DNA of 64,000 nt from Cyanobacteria bacterium auto_48_18 (GCA_036170915.1 JAVHQC010000029.1:325437-389436), one strand, 5' to 3'. Positions 1 to 11,189 are shown, counted from the first letter of the stretch. Notes: generated by a model not told the origin, from the letters alone. Program-made: numbers and translations.

Positions 1-857
1 CCGGCACTTTACCCAAGGGTGATCCACTAGCTGTAGCCAAAGTAGCCGCTATACAAGCGGCTAAGAACACCAGCCAGATTATTCCCTATTGTCACCCCTT
101 GCCTGTTGACTTTGTCGGGGTTGAATTTCAACTAGACGAAAACTCTATCGAAATTGAAGTAAAAGTCAAAGCCATCTACAAAACCGGCGTAGAGATGGAA
201 GCGCTAACAGCCGCTTCTGTAGCGGCTTTAACTATTTATGACATGGCCAAGATGGTTGACGATTTAATGGCAATCGAATCAATCACGTTGTTAAGTAAAA
301 CCGGGGGCAAAAGCGATTACGCGGCGCCGCCAGCCCTTGATGGAAAGTTTTTAAAAGCCGCTGTGCTCGTGCTTTCTGATAGCGTTGCAGCCGGTAAAGC
401 AGAAGACAAGTCGGGCAAATTTATCGCCGCCGAACTACTAACACGTGGTTTTGAAATTACAGAATATCTGGTAATGGCAGATGATGAAGCGGCCATCGTG
501 CCCGAAGTTAGGCGCATCTGCGATGATTTAAAAGTCAATTTGCTCATCACCACTGGTGGTACCGGTATCAGCCCGCGCGATAATACGCCAGATGCACTTA
601 AACGTTTAATTGAGAAAGAATTGCCCGGTGTGGTGGAAGCAATTCGCGACTATAGTCAAAATCGCAACTCATTTTCAATGCTATCGAGATCAGTTGCCGG
701 CGTGAGAAATAAAACTATCATTGTCAGCTTGCCAGGCTCACTGGGAGCCGCGCAAGACGGCATGACCGTGCTCTTTCCTGCCATCAATCACGCATTCAAA
801 ATGCTTGAAGGTGAAGGCCATAAACATAGTAAAAAAGGCGCAAAAAGTGACAAGTAA
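1..857 (+). CDS. moaCB: Bifunctional molybdenum cofactor biosynthesis protein MoaC-MoaB/MogA (5' end truncated by window edge)
   Basis: Frame 3 from the window start reads [32 protein letters not shown] and later TGVEMEAL (MoaC motifs). The C-terminal half has [14 protein letters not shown] and SLPGS (MogA/MoaB motifs). Confidence 0.93.
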   Translation, partial: GTLPKGDPLAVAKVAAIQAAKNTSQIIPYCHPLPVDFVGVEFQLDENSIEIEVKVKAIYKTGVEMEALTAASVAALTIYDMAKMVDDLMAIESITLLSKTGGKSDYAAPPALDGKFLKAAVLVLSDSVAAGKAEDKSGKFIAAELLTRGFEITEYLVMADDEAAIVPEVRRICDDLKVNLLITTGGTGISPRDNTPDALKRLIEKELPGVVEAIRDYSQNRNSFSMLSRSVAGVRNKTIIVSLPGSLGAAQDGMTVLFPAINHAFKMLEGEGHKHSKKGAKSDK

Positions 858-2139
858 AAACGATTGCGCAGTTAAATTGGAAGATATGCTGACATATGAG
901 CAAGCGCTAGCAGCCATACTAGATAATTGTCAGCCACTAGCGAGCGAAACCACCACCCTGGCAACAGCTTTGAAAAAAGTTCTGTCAGAGCCACTGAAAG
1001 CCGGTTTTGATTTGCCTCAATTCAATAATTCTGCCGTTGATGGTTTTGGCGTTCTCGTCGAAGATTTGCTTGACGCTTCGCCGAATGCACCAGTTAAATT
1101 AAAATTGGTGGGAGAAGTTGCCGCCGGATCAGCTCAAACATTTGGCAGCCTCAACCCTGGCCAATGCGTGCGCATTCTCACCGGTGCACCGGTGCCGGGA
1201 ACGGTTGAAGCGGTGGTGATGAAAGAAAATTGCCGACCTGACGGCGATTATATTCACGTTTCTTGTAAAACCAGAATCGGCGAAAGCATTCGTTTACAGG
1301 GTGAAGAAATCGAAGCTGGTGCCACAGTTTTGAAGCCTGGCACGCTAATTACTCCACCAATTATCGGTTTGATAGCGACACTGGGCATAACCGAATTTCA
1401 AACCTATCGCGCGCCAAAAGTAGCTGTCATAGCCACTGGTAACGAGCTCAAAGAACCTGGTGAACTTCTCGCTGAAGGCGAAATCTATAACTCGAATTCT
1501 TTTGCACTAGTAGCAGCGTTAAATGCCATGGGCATAAATGAAGTCGTTCGTTATCACGTGAGAGACGACCGTGAGGAAACAGCGGCAGTGATCAAAGAAG
1601 CGCTGGAAAAATCTGATTTGATCATTTCAGCTGGCGGAGTATCTGTAGGTGAATATGATTTTGTCAAAGACGTTTGTGAAGACCTGGGCGTAGAGACGGT
1701 ATTCTGGCGCACTGCCATAAAGCCCGGCAAGCCGGTTTATTTTGGCGTGGCTGAAGGTTATACCATCGACACCTCAATCAGTGACCGCAAACTGGTGTTT
1801 GGACTACCTGGAAATCCGGTATCAGCCCTGGTGACATTCAATTTATTTGTCAAGCCTGCAATCATGAAATTGCAAAATGTAGATAGCAAACCAAAACGTT
1901 TCACCGCCAAAGTTGCACGCAATCTAAAGAAGAAAGCAGGCAGACTAGACTTTGTGCGAGGCTTAGTTTCAACTACAGAAGAAGGCAATCTAACCGTCAT
2001 GCCTGCCGGCGGGCAGGAGTCGCACATGCTTACAGGGCTAGCAAAAGCTAATTGCTTAATGCATTTTGAGCAACAGTTAGAATTTTTACCGGAAGGTGAA
2101 AAAATCACCATTGACCTGCTCAACTGGTTTGAAAGCTAA
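847..2139 (+). CDS. moeA: Molybdopterin molybdenumtransferase MoeA
   Basis: [43 protein letters not shown] motifs. The start is uncertain (GTG 847 or ATG 886). Confidence 0.95.
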   Translation: MTSKNDCAVKLEDMLTYEQALAAILDNCQPLASETTTLATALKKVLSEPLKAGFDLPQFNNSAVDGFGVLVEDLLDASPNAPVKLKLVGEVAAGSAQTFGSLNPGQCVRILTGAPVPGTVEAVVMKENCRPDGDYIHVSCKTRIGESIRLQGEEIEAGATVLKPGTLITPPIIGLIATLGITEFQTYRAPKVAVIATGNELKEPGELLAEGEIYNSNSFALVAALNAMGINEVVRYHVRDDREETAAVIKEALEKSDLIISAGGVSVGEYDFVKDVCEDLGVETVFWRTAIKPGKPVYFGVAEGYTIDTSISDRKLVFGLPGNPVSALVTFNLFVKPAIMKLQNVDSKPKRFTAKVARNLKKKAGRLDFVRGLVSTTEEGNLTVMPAGGQESHMLTGLAKANCLMHFEQQLEFLPEGEKITIDLLNWFES

Positions 2140-2279
2140 AACTATTTCTTGAATAACATGTTGAGCAAAACTGTAAGACCAATGCTGAGGCCGATGCTTA
2201 AAAGGATGCTTGGGAGCCAGAGGAAAACCATGATATTTACTTACCTCAGGAAGGGAATTGTGAATTGTGTGACTAACTT

Positions 2280-3437
2280 ATGAGCGCCAGGTTCCATTTT
2301 TTTAGAATTGCCCAGATCGGTGTAGTGCTATGCCTTTTTCAAGCACTGATGGTTCAAAAAGCGGCCTGTGCTCAATCGCCGGCTGATTTAACCAAATCAA
2401 TCAAATTGCCCCCAGGTTTCCATATAAGCATTTACGCAAGCGGTATGGACGTACCCAGACAGATGACCATGAGCCCGGACGGCACACTGTTCGTGGGCAC
2501 AAAAATCAACAAAAATGGCAAAGTCTACGCACTGCGCGATACGAACAAAGACGGAGTTGCTGATCAGTTGATGACTATGGCCTCTGATCTTAGTTGCCCA
2601 AACGGAGTGGCATTCAACAATGGCTCTTTGTATGTGGCCGAAATCAATCGCGTTTTGCGTTACGACAATATTGAAAAGCTTTTGCCGAAAATACCAGCAC
2701 CAGCTGTAGTGACCGACAAGTTTCCGTCAGACGGACATCATGGCTGGAAATATATTCGTTTTGGCCCTGACGACAAGCTCTACGTGCCGGTTGGCGCGCC
2801 GTGTAATGTGTGTGAACCGTCTAAGAAAATCTATGCGTCAATGATGCGCATGAATAAAGATGGCAGCAAGCTTGAGCAATTTGCCAGCGGCATTCGCAAC
2901 ACAGTCGGTTTTGACTTTCACCCGCAAACAAAAGAACTCTGGTTTACCGACAATGGACGCGATTTGCTCGGTGACGATATACCACCAGACGAGCTCAATC
3001 ACGCGCCTAAAGCCGGCATGAATTTTGGCTTTCCTTACCGCTACGGCATGAACCTGGTAGATCCGCTCTTTGGCTGGCGCGCCCCGAAAGACACTACCTT
3101 TACACCACCAGCTATGCCACTGGCTGCCCACGTAGCAGCTCTAGGTATGCGCTTTTATAACGGCAAAATGTTTCCACCACAGTATCAAGGCAACGTTTTC
3201 ATAGCTGAACACGGCTCATGGAATCGCAGCAAGAAAAGTGGTTGCCGTGTCATGCGCGTAACTTTAGATGGAAATAAGGCTTTGAAATACGAGCCATTTG
3301 CTGAAGGCTGGCTCAATCAAGAAAAGCAAGAATATTCGGGCCGTCCGGTTGATGTGTTAGTGGCGCCGGATGGTGCTTTGCTTGTTTCAGATGATCTCGC
3401 TGGCGTGATTTACCGAATAACTTATAAGAAACCTTAA
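2280..3437 (+). CDS. Secreted PQQ-dependent sugar/sorbosone dehydrogenase family beta-propeller
   Basis: Signal peptide; HHGWKYIRFGPD, GIRNTVGFDF, AEHGSWNR and GRPVDV motifs. Confidence 0.88.
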   Translation: MSARFHFFRIAQIGVVLCLFQALMVQKAACAQSPADLTKSIKLPPGFHISIYASGMDVPRQMTMSPDGTLFVGTKINKNGKVYALRDTNKDGVADQLMTMASDLSCPNGVAFNNGSLYVAEINRVLRYDNIEKLLPKIPAPAVVTDKFPSDGHHGWKYIRFGPDDKLYVPVGAPCNVCEPSKKIYASMMRMNKDGSKLEQFASGIRNTVGFDFHPQTKELWFTDNGRDLLGDDIPPDELNHAPKAGMNFGFPYRYGMNLVDPLFGWRAPKDTTFTPPAMPLAAHVAALGMRFYNGKMFPPQYQGNVFIAEHGSWNRSKKSGCRVMRVTLDGNKALKYEPFAEGWLNQEKQEYSGRPVDVLVAPDGALLVSDDLAGVIYRITYKKP

Positions 3438-3446
3438 ACGGGCCGA

Positions 3447-3995
3447 TTAGCTAAAATTTACGGGTTGCTTCCAAATCCCCAGTGCCACCATAAGTGGTGC
3501 GAGATACAAAGCGAAAAAGAACAAACCCACAATTGAATCCCAGAACAGAGTAAAGAAGAGTAGAAAACCGTTCAGATGATTGTAACCAGGATAGGTGATA
3601 TACGCGCTCGCCTCTTTAGCCAGTGTCCAGTAGCGCACAGGCACCGGCGAACCCTCTTTGAGTGACAAATAATAGGACCGATCAACTGTGGAGACGTTCT
3701 TAAACGTCTTGTCACCTTCAGAAAAATTGTAAGTGACTTTATATGTGGTGTGACGCTTTCCCTCATGAGGCGCGAGTGTTTCTACACGCCCCTCCACATT
3801 AGTGCCGAAAACAATAGGCATGACATTAATAACGCACATATACGCCAACCACACACCAATCAACATGTGTGGAAGGCAAAAGACTCGAGCGAAAATATTG
3901 CCAAATTTACTTTGTGCAGCCGAAACTGGTTCTTCCGAGCGCTTTGGCTCACGCTTGCCCCAACCAAGATTTTCATGGCGATCTTTTCTAGCCAT
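3447..3995 (-). CDS. Membrane protein, DUF3592-like
   Basis: Two TM segments flank a beta-rich region (VEGRV..YKVTYNF..GSPVPVRY). Confidence 0.6.
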   Translation of the reverse strand: MARKDRHENLGWGKREPKRSEEPVSAAQSKFGNIFARVFCLPHMLIGVWLAYMCVINVMPIVFGTNVEGRVETLAPHEGKRHTTYKVTYNFSEGDKTFKNVSTVDRSYYLSLKEGSPVPVRYWTLAKEASAYITYPGYNHLNGFLLFFTLFWDSIVGLFFFALYLAPLMVALGIWKQPVNFS

Positions 3996-4025
3996 AAAAT
4001 TTATCCATGCTAGCCATCCTAACCC

Positions 4026-4670
4026 TTAAGGGAGCACCGCCTGATCGTCCCAGATAACACGTGGTGCCTTCTGCGCTAAAAAAGCACCGTTGATATAACT
4101 GCCGTCCGGCAGGCGTAGTGTTAAAGCACCAGGTACTGAATCATCTTCTCGCGCATTGGCAATCTTGAATTTGAGACCAAAATTGTCCTTACTGGTGAAA
4201 TGCTTCTCTTTCACTTTTGCTTTATTTGACTCGCGTGTATAGACATATATTTGCACACGCTTATTGTCGTCTGAGGTAAAACTCTTATTGCCAAGCGGCT
4301 TCTCTGACTGCATCAAATTTACTACAACTTTGCAATAGCGCTTATGATTCTGCTTGAAGGTAACGCTGAAACTGTTCCAGAGTGCCGACTCGCAAACAAA
4401 GGGCATACCATCAACAGTGCCTTTTACAGGCCCGCATGCAGCAGGAGCTGTAACAGCACCGTGACACCATGAAGCACTTCCCACAGCCGAATCATTCTTA
4501 ACTTTGTTCTCGGCACAAGCAGAATTTTGTGCCACCACACACAGTGCACAAGCGATCATAATCGAGTTAAATGGCAGTGGTCGAATCAAATTATTCGGTG
4601 CCTCGTATGATGGCTCTTGGCCGAAAAACAGTAAACCATAGATGTTATGGGCTAGCCGAGACGCTGTCAA
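4026..4670 (-). CDS. Hypothetical exported protein (true start probably downstream of 4670)
   Basis: 214-aa ORF; a signal-like segment IACALCVVAQNSACA begins at about residue 38. Confidence 0.6.
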   Translation of the reverse strand: MTASRLAHNIYGLLFFGQEPSYEAPNNLIRPLPFNSIMIACALCVVAQNSACAENKVKNDSAVGSASWCHGAVTAPAACGPVKGTVDGMPFVCESALWNSFSVTFKQNHKRYCKVVVNLMQSEKPLGNKSFTSDDNKRVQIYVYTRESNKAKVKEKHFTSKDNFGLKFKIANAREDDSVPGALTLRLPDGSYINGAFLAQKAPRVIWDDQAVLP

Positions 4671-4801
4671 CTTGAATTAATGCGCGTTATTAATCGCCAG
4701 ACCCGCATGCGATTGACAACATGGGGTCATTGTGTCTTTATACAGCTGTTATGAGCGTGTCAGCCTGACAACAGCGCTCTGGTAACAGGAGTTAGCCACT
4801 G

Positions 4802-5707
4802 GTGCAACTGCAATCACAACCTAAGAGTCCAGTCATCCGCACCGCCATTCGCGCCGCCATCTGCGCCTCGTCATCATCGGTGATATTTGCAGGCTCAGCC
4901 ATGGCAGCGCCCGCAAACAATGCTGCTCCACCAGCAAACAAGCCCGCAACCGTTAGTACGGCAACTGTCACTCCTTCGAAGAAAGTTATAGTTAAGAGCG
5001 CCGCTACTCCAACAAAGCCTATAGCCACTACAACGGCTTCCGTGCCTGTAGTGCCTAAAAAAGCAGTTATCAAAAAAGAAGTGCCTGCTGACGTTGAAGA
5101 AGCCGAAATTGAAACGGCAGAAGTCGCGCCAGTGCGCAAAAGAAAGCGCAGCTCTGAGCCGCCAAATGAAGATCCAACTCCCAGTGCCGACGAGGGCAGC
5201 GGCATTTTTACCCATGAAACCGCTCACACCCTGTTTCTTGAAGCCAAGCAATTCATGCGGCACAATAATTACAACCGTGCCATTCGTCTGTTGAATAAAG
5301 CGATCAAGTTAGATGACGACAATATGGAAGTGCGAGTGCTCTATGCAGAAGCACTAGACGAAAAATTGCAGCATCAGGCAGACAAGGACCCCGAAATATT
5401 CAATAAATGCATCAAGTCGTGGCTCATGGTGGCACGCAACGAAATAGGTGATGAGAAAGGAATGACCTTTAAGGGTCTCGGCATTATGAGCGGCCAATAT
5501 GGTGACGAAGACTGGAGTCTAAAAGCTAAAAAGCGCCTCAAGGTTCTGACCGGCTACAGCCCCAAGCCATGGGAAACTAGCGACCGTTATTTGCGCAAAG
5601 TGCTCAGATCTGCAGATACATCAGTGTCAGCTGTAATTAAAACGGGCGCAACTGATGATGATGAACCCGTCAAAATTATCAAGCCTAAAGCTAAAAACGA
5701 AGAGTAA
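4802..5707 (+). CDS. Exported TPR-containing hypothetical protein
   Basis: AGGAG RBS, signal peptide ending SAMA, Ala/Pro/Thr/Lys linker, TPR-like helix pair (NYNRAIRLLNKAIKLDDDN). Confidence 0.75.
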   Translation: MQLQSQPKSPVIRTAIRAAICASSSSVIFAGSAMAAPANNAAPPANKPATVSTATVTPSKKVIVKSAATPTKPIATTTASVPVVPKKAVIKKEVPADVEEAEIETAEVAPVRKRKRSSEPPNEDPTPSADEGSGIFTHETAHTLFLEAKQFMRHNNYNRAIRLLNKAIKLDDDNMEVRVLYAEALDEKLQHQADKDPEIFNKCIKSWLMVARNEIGDEKGMTFKGLGIMSGQYGDEDWSLKAKKRLKVLTGYSPKPWETSDRYLRKVLRSADTSVSAVIKTGATDDDEPVKIIKPKAKNEE

Positions 5708-6604
5708 TTAGACCTGGCCAACCCAGCCCTGGTCGGCTACTTCGTACCAGCGCTCGCGAATGGCGGTCAATTCAGCTTCGCTCAATTTTCCTGCAGCAAT
5801 CAGATCAGCATTATCCTTCCAACGATCAGGGTTGGTGGTACCGACAATCATGGTTGTTACGGCCGGCGCCGAAAGGGTAAAGCGCAGTGCTATTTCTGAA
5901 GTCTTTTTGGCGTCACCGTTGATGAAATCATATTTGAGTTTCTGCAGGCGATCCCAATATTCGTGCACATACTCATTTGCAGGCTTAGAAGAATGGCGCC
6001 AGACAGCGTTGCCGATGGGGCGTTTAGCGATCACTCCCATATTTTTTTCTTGAGCCAAAGGCAAAGTCATATCGATGCACTGTTGATCAAAAATACTGAC
6101 TGATGTTTGCAGCGTGTCAAAAACATTCATGTTGATTGCCAGAAGTGCATCTTCGCCATCGCCGCTATAGCCGATAAATCGAGTCTTACCGGCTTTCTGT
6201 GCGGCTTGCAGCGCTTCAACTACTTCGCCTTTTTTAAGAATTTCGCTGCTGCAACTGTGCAATTGCAGAAGATCCACGTAGTCTGTTTGCAAACGTTTTA
6301 GGCTGCGGTCAATACTCTTTTCAATATCTTTAGCCGACCAGGCGTCATCGGTATAAGTGGCACCATGACCGCATTTTGTGAAGAGGTAAAAGTCTGACCG
6401 GCGTTTAGCAACAGCTTTACCAATCATCTCTTCACTGTTGATATAACACTCGGCCGTATCGATGGCATTAAGGCCCTGGTCGATAGCTGCAGAGAGTAGC
6501 TTTTCAACCGTCGCCTGTTCGGCGCCTTCAAAGCCGATTTCAGCGCCGCCGAAACCCAGCACACTGACATTCATTCCGGTTTTACCGAGTATACGCCGTT
6601 CCAT
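5708..6604 (-). CDS. Aldo/keto reductase
   Basis: LGKTGMNVSVLGFG, IDTAECY, LFTKCG, SLKRLQTDYVDLLQLH. Confidence 0.93.
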   Translation of the reverse strand: MERRILGKTGMNVSVLGFGGAEIGFEGAEQATVEKLLSAAIDQGLNAIDTAECYINSEEMIGKAVAKRRSDFYLFTKCGHGATYTDDAWSAKDIEKSIDRSLKRLQTDYVDLLQLHSCSSEILKKGEVVEALQAAQKAGKTRFIGYSGDGEDALLAINMNVFDTLQTSVSIFDQQCIDMTLPLAQEKNMGVIAKRPIGNAVWRHSSKPANEYVHEYWDRLQKLKYDFINGDAKKTSEIALRFTLSAPAVTTMIVGTTNPDRWKDNADLIAAGKLSEAELTAIRERWYEVADQGWVGQV

Positions 6605-6731
6605 CGCCAACCTCACTTACGCTCGCGTTATTGGCACATTTTAACGACTCTGGTGTATCAACGTCAAAAACGCTATAGTTGCCTAAGGTTTCAGTTAAGC
6701 CGCCAACAGGCTGCATCTTTTATTGAGCATA

Positions 6732-7148
6732 ATGGAAACTCCCAAATTATTAATTGCCGGTCTTTCACTTAAAACCATCAACCTTGCGCGCGCAGCGGTA
6801 GAGCAACTTGGCTACCAGATTGTGCCCAGCCCGGCTATGTCACTTTCATTGTTTTTAGCCCACAAGAATTTGCCCGCGTTAATCATTAGTGATTTCAAAA
6901 TGAGCGACGGCGACGGATTGTCTTTTCTGCGTGAATTGCAAGATGATCCAGATCTGGCGGCAATTCCATTTATTTTTTGTCTTGATACTATGCCTGACGA
7001 TGCCATTGAGTTGCAAGCAATCAAAAGTGGAGCCCGCAAAGTGGTGCCAAATAATATTGAGCCATCCGATTTTTTAGAAATTATCGATCCGCTGATTGTG
7101 GAGCGCATGAAAAGCAAAATCAAACGCGAAGAACAAACTCCAGAATAA
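6732..7148 (+). CDS. Stand-alone atypical response regulator receiver domain
   Basis: LPALIISDFKMSDGDGLSFL and IPFIF are present. The N-terminal acidic pair and the conserved Lys are missing. Confidence 0.8.
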   Translation: METPKLLIAGLSLKTINLARAAVEQLGYQIVPSPAMSLSLFLAHKNLPALIISDFKMSDGDGLSFLRELQDDPDLAAIPFIFCLDTMPDDAIELQAIKSGARKVVPNNIEPSDFLEIIDPLIVERMKSKIKREEQTPE

Positions 7149-7170
7149 TGCCAGAGAACAAACCAAAGTT

Positions 7171-8460
7171 TCACTGCACTGATTTGCGTGCTATAGCAGG
7201 GGCCGTCTGCACGCGAACACCATCAGCTTCGGCGAAGTATTTATAGAAATTATCGTAGCTTTGTTTAAATGTCTTTTTGGAATCCCACGGATTAGCTATG
7301 GTTACTTCTTTACGCGCTGCGTCAATACCAACTACCGTATAAGCGTGACCAAAGACCACCCGATGTTCAGGATCAGCAGTGTACATTTTTTGCTCGCGAT
7401 CGTAGTAGACCGGACCCTTAAAGTTTTTCTGTTCAGCGCTTGAAGCGGTCAAGGCAATATGCGGCCCTTGAGCGGCCCAGAAATTCAACGCTCGGTGCAC
7501 ATTGTCGCGGTTCCAGTCTGGCATCAAAACGCCTTTCGCGTTAACCAACTCGCCAAGCAACTCATTAGAACTACCACCGGTGCCAGCAGCTAGAAGATGC
7601 CGCTTGGTACCACCAAGGCGTCCCATGGCAATATTGTCGCGCCATTCGTCCGCCAGTGAATATTTTGGCACCTCTCCTTTGCGCTCACGCTCCTTGCCGT
7701 AAGCCGCCTCCAAGATTCTAATTCCTAAAGCTCCAGTTACGCCTCTCTTTTCCCAGGCCAAATTATCAATGTCTTCTCTTGAAACCTTTATTGGGTTATG
7801 CGGGTTAGACGGCAAAGTGACGTTCCAAGCCCCATGACCATCAGGCTTGATCATTTTAGCCAGATGAAACTCACCGCCTTCTGTCCTCGAAATAGCCAGT
7901 AAGCTGGCATCCAGGTAGCAAGTGCCGTAATCACCTTGATTAATATGGTGGCTATTTTTAGGAAAGAGTTTGCGAAAGGCGCGGGCGTCATCTGTTAATG
8001 TTTTCAACGTGCCATTGCCCGAAATAGTAAAAATATGGTTGCCCACATCAATGGTGCCTTTCTTATCGAGAATGACGCGAAGGGCCACTCGATCTTGCCT
8101 GCTGGCCTGGTTGAAAATCTCGGCAAAGAGCTTGTGATTGCCTTCGTCGCGAGCATCACCGCAGAGGGTTTGCAAATTGCCTTTAGACAGCCGGTCTTTA
8201 CCTTTGGTGTAAAGCGAGATGGCATCAATATCTTCAGACCACACTCGATTAGCGCTAATGTCACCGCGCATATTGCTGCCAGTGATATGGTTGTAGGCAG
8301 CTCGAACTTCTTCAACATGTGCGCGCGTCATCGGCGCAAAAAGCTCTTTTACATGCTCAGCAGAGGCTTCAATCTGCTCCCTGTTATTGTGTTTACTATG
8401 CGACTGACGCATGTAGCCAATTAGTTTATGCGCATCATCTGAAGCAGCGTCACCTTTCAT
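7171..8460 (-). CDS. Calpain-like (peptidase C2 family) cysteine protease with an N-terminal annexin-like segment
   Basis: Catalytic motifs NQGDYGTCY (Cys), GHAYTV (His), IANPWD (Asn), plus ILEAAYGK. Confidence 0.82.
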   Translation of the reverse strand: MKGDAASDDAHKLIGYMRQSHSKHNNREQIEASAEHVKELFAPMTRAHVEEVRAAYNHITGSNMRGDISANRVWSEDIDAISLYTKGKDRLSKGNLQTLCGDARDEGNHKLFAEIFNQASRQDRVALRVILDKKGTIDVGNHIFTISGNGTLKTLTDDARAFRKLFPKNSHHINQGDYGTCYLDASLLAISRTEGGEFHLAKMIKPDGHGAWNVTLPSNPHNPIKVSREDIDNLAWEKRGVTGALGIRILEAAYGKERERKGEVPKYSLADEWRDNIAMGRLGGTKRHLLAAGTGGSSNELLGELVNAKGVLMPDWNRDNVHRALNFWAAQGPHIALTASSAEQKNFKGPVYYDREQKMYTADPEHRVVFGHAYTVVGIDAARKEVTIANPWDSKKTFKQSYDNFYKYFAEADGVRVQTAPAIARKSVQ

Positions 8461-8615
8461 AATTCCACCCCTGTGAGCCAAAACTCGTTCACTTGAGCAG
8501 CATAGGGTCGAATTTTGTCAAACTGCTGGCAGCGGCGCAAATCAATGGCGCAAAGGTACCGGCCGGGTTCTGCTAAAATAGAAACTCGTAAAAGCCTATT
8601 GAAAGGCACTTTCTA

Positions 8616-10469
8616 TTGAAGCTGTCCCGCAAAGTTGCATTGATCGTAGCCATTCCAGTAATAGCCGAACTGGTACTGGTGGCTGTGCTGTTGTATCAGC
8701 TTGATCGCGTCGACAAAGCACGGGTAGAAGAAAGTTATTCACGAGAAATTCTCTCGCACGTTAATTCTGCCACGGGGCTGACGCTGCAGCGTTGCAATTT
8801 TGTCATCATCGCCAGCGGGCACCACACACCAGAAAATGAAGCGCGGCGCAAATCGCTTACCGCCGCCATCATCAAAGAAATAGGAATTATAAAAACTCTG
8901 GCTCAGCAAGGCAAAGGTACTGACCAAAAAACATGGCTCAAACTTGCTGAGCTAATCTCTAAAGTGCATTACGCCTTCCAAAGCGCAAAAAAAGACTTTG
9001 ACGCAGGCAACAAATTGAATGCAGCAATTGCCTGGTCTGACGTTCAAAATGACCTTGACGAATTTATGGCACTAACAGATCACATGGTTCGCAAGAATGA
9101 GTTACTCGACCAAGAAAAGCAAAACCGGTTGCTCAAAGACGATCAAATTTTGCATTTCATTCTCTACAGCTCTGTTTTAGTAAGCGTCGGTTTAGCTCTG
9201 GGTTTGACATACTTTTTCAATCGCAGCACCACCGATAGACTCAATTTGATTATGCAAAATACTCAAAGAATGAGCGTGGGAAAGCCGCCAATGGCTAGAG
9301 TTTTAGGTGATGACGAGCTGGCACAAATCGACAAAGTCTATCACCGCATGTATCGCGATATCACCACAATGCGCCGCAAAGAAATGGCGATTTTAGAAAA
9401 CGTGGCCGACATCGTTTGTTCTCTAGACAAACAACTGATTTTTTCTAGCATCAATGAAGCGGTCTGCTCAATGTGGCGCTTTGACCAGGAAGATATAGTC
9501 GGCAGAAGAGTTATAGACCTGTTCGATCCATCAGAAAAAGCTGAAGCCAGGGCGAAATTATTGGAAGTGATCCAAGAGCAAGGCTCCAGTCGTTTTGATG
9601 TAAAAGTGTTGCGTGCTGACAATTCCATTTGCGAGACAGCCTGGTCGGCAACCTGGTCTGAAGAAGAGCAGCTGCTTTATTGCGTTGTGCAAGATGTAGG
9701 CGCACGCAAACAACTAGAACAAATGAAGCGTGATTTTGTGGCGGTGGTGTCACACGATTTACGCACTCCCCTAACATCGATTCAGATGATTCACTCGATG
9801 TTAAAGGAAGATGCCGAAGGTGTGTTGCCACCACAGGCGATGAAAAATTTGAACAACGCACAAGACAATGTCAGTCGGTTGATGGCACTAATCAACAATT
9901 TGCTCGATTTAGAGAAGCTCGATGCCGGTTACGTTGAGCTGATTATGGAGCAGGCATCGCTAAAGCGCGCCATTGATGCATCAGTGGGTGCCGTTGAAGC
10001 CATTGCAAAAAAACAAAAAATCCAACTGGTCAATCATCTTGACGACAAACTGGAAGCCTACATGGACTCAGAGCGGGTAACTCAGGTTGTTGTCAACCTG
10101 CTTTCCAACGCACTTAAATTTTCTCCAGAGGGGTCAAGCATCGTGCTGAGCGCCAGCCCGGTCTCGGGCGACGCTCCAAACGGTAAAGGGGCCAAAGAGG
10201 GCATGATTCGCGTTCTTATCAGCGACCAGGGCCGAGGCATTCCGGCCCAAAAGGCCGAAAGCGTTTTCGAGCGCTTTAGCCAGGTCAAAAACGAAGACGG
10301 GCGCAGCAATCGGGGCAGCGGCTTGGGCCTGGCTATATGCAAAGCAATCATTGAGCAGCATGGAGGCGAGATTGGGGTAGAATCTGTGGAAGGTAAAGGC
10401 AGTACGTTCTGGTTCACCCTGGCATCCCACAGCAAATACTATCAAGCGCGGCCACTTAAACTTGGCTGA
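8616..10469 (+). CDS. Membrane sensor histidine kinase (TM-periplasmic-TM-HAMP-PAS-HisKA-HATPase)
   Basis: VSHDLRTPL H-box, NLLSNALKF N-box, DQGRGI, GSGLGLAI. Confidence 0.95.
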   Translation: MKLSRKVALIVAIPVIAELVLVAVLLYQLDRVDKARVEESYSREILSHVNSATGLTLQRCNFVIIASGHHTPENEARRKSLTAAIIKEIGIIKTLAQQGKGTDQKTWLKLAELISKVHYAFQSAKKDFDAGNKLNAAIAWSDVQNDLDEFMALTDHMVRKNELLDQEKQNRLLKDDQILHFILYSSVLVSVGLALGLTYFFNRSTTDRLNLIMQNTQRMSVGKPPMARVLGDDELAQIDKVYHRMYRDITTMRRKEMAILENVADIVCSLDKQLIFSSINEAVCSMWRFDQEDIVGRRVIDLFDPSEKAEARAKLLEVIQEQGSSRFDVKVLRADNSICETAWSATWSEEEQLLYCVVQDVGARKQLEQMKRDFVAVVSHDLRTPLTSIQMIHSMLKEDAEGVLPPQAMKNLNNAQDNVSRLMALINNLLDLEKLDAGYVELIMEQASLKRAIDASVGAVEAIAKKQKIQLVNHLDDKLEAYMDSERVTQVVVNLLSNALKFSPEGSSIVLSASPVSGDAPNGKGAKEGMIRVLISDQGRGIPAQKAESVFERFSQVKNEDGRSNRGSGLGLAICKAIIEQHGGEIGVESVEGKGSTFWFTLASHSKYYQARPLKLG

Positions 10470-10505
10470 TTGAGTCTCCAGTAAATTGAATCTCCACTAA
10501 GGGGA

Positions 10506-11189
10506 ATGATGGCGAAAATTCTGATCGTTGAAGATGATGAACAACTGGCCGATCTAATCGTGCAGTGTCTCACCCGTGAAAATCACCTGGTCGAACACGT
10601 GAACAATGGCGCCGATGCCTTGAGCCAGGTCAAGCTATACATTTTTGATTTGATCATTCTTGATTGGAATTTACCAGAAGTCACAGGCCTGGGCATTCTC
10701 AAAGAATTCCGCAGCCGTGGTGGCATCACGCCGGTGCTATTTCTCACCGGACGTCGCGATTTGTCAGACAAACTGGAAGGCCTTGATGCTGGTGCCGATG
10801 ATTATTTGACCAAGCCATTCGACAGTCGCGAACTAACTTCAAGAATTCGAGCGCTGTTGCGGCGGCCTCAAGTGCTTGTGGGTGATGTTCTAGAGGTGGG
10901 CAAGTTGCGCCTTGATCCTAAAGATTTTAAAGTCACTTTAGGCGATGAAGAAATTAAACTCGTGCCCAAAGAATTTGCCTTGCTTGAATTTTTGATGCGG
11001 CACCCTGGTGAATTATTCGGTGTGGATAAATTACTTGATAGCGTCTGGCCATGCCAGTCTGATTCAACACGCGAAGCGCTGACCACTTGTATCAAACGTC
11101 TGCGCAAAAAGCTTGACGGCGACTCCGATACTTCTATGATTCGCAATGTGCATGGTGTCGGATATGGTTTGTTTGTAGATCAGAAATAG
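10506..11189 (+). CDS. OmpR-family DNA-binding response regulator
   Basis: ILIVEDD, LDWNLP, GADDYLTKPF, winged-helix C-terminus (IRNVHGVGY). Confidence 0.95.
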   Translation: MMAKILIVEDDEQLADLIVQCLTRENHLVEHVNNGADALSQVKLYIFDLIILDWNLPEVTGLGILKEFRSRGGITPVLFLTGRRDLSDKLEGLDAGADDYLTKPFDSRELTSRIRALLRRPQVLVGDVLEVGKLRLDPKDFKVTLGDEEIKLVPKEFALLEFLMRHPGELFGVDKLLDSVWPCQSDSTREALTTCIKRLRKKLDGDSDTSMIRNVHGVGYGLFVDQK

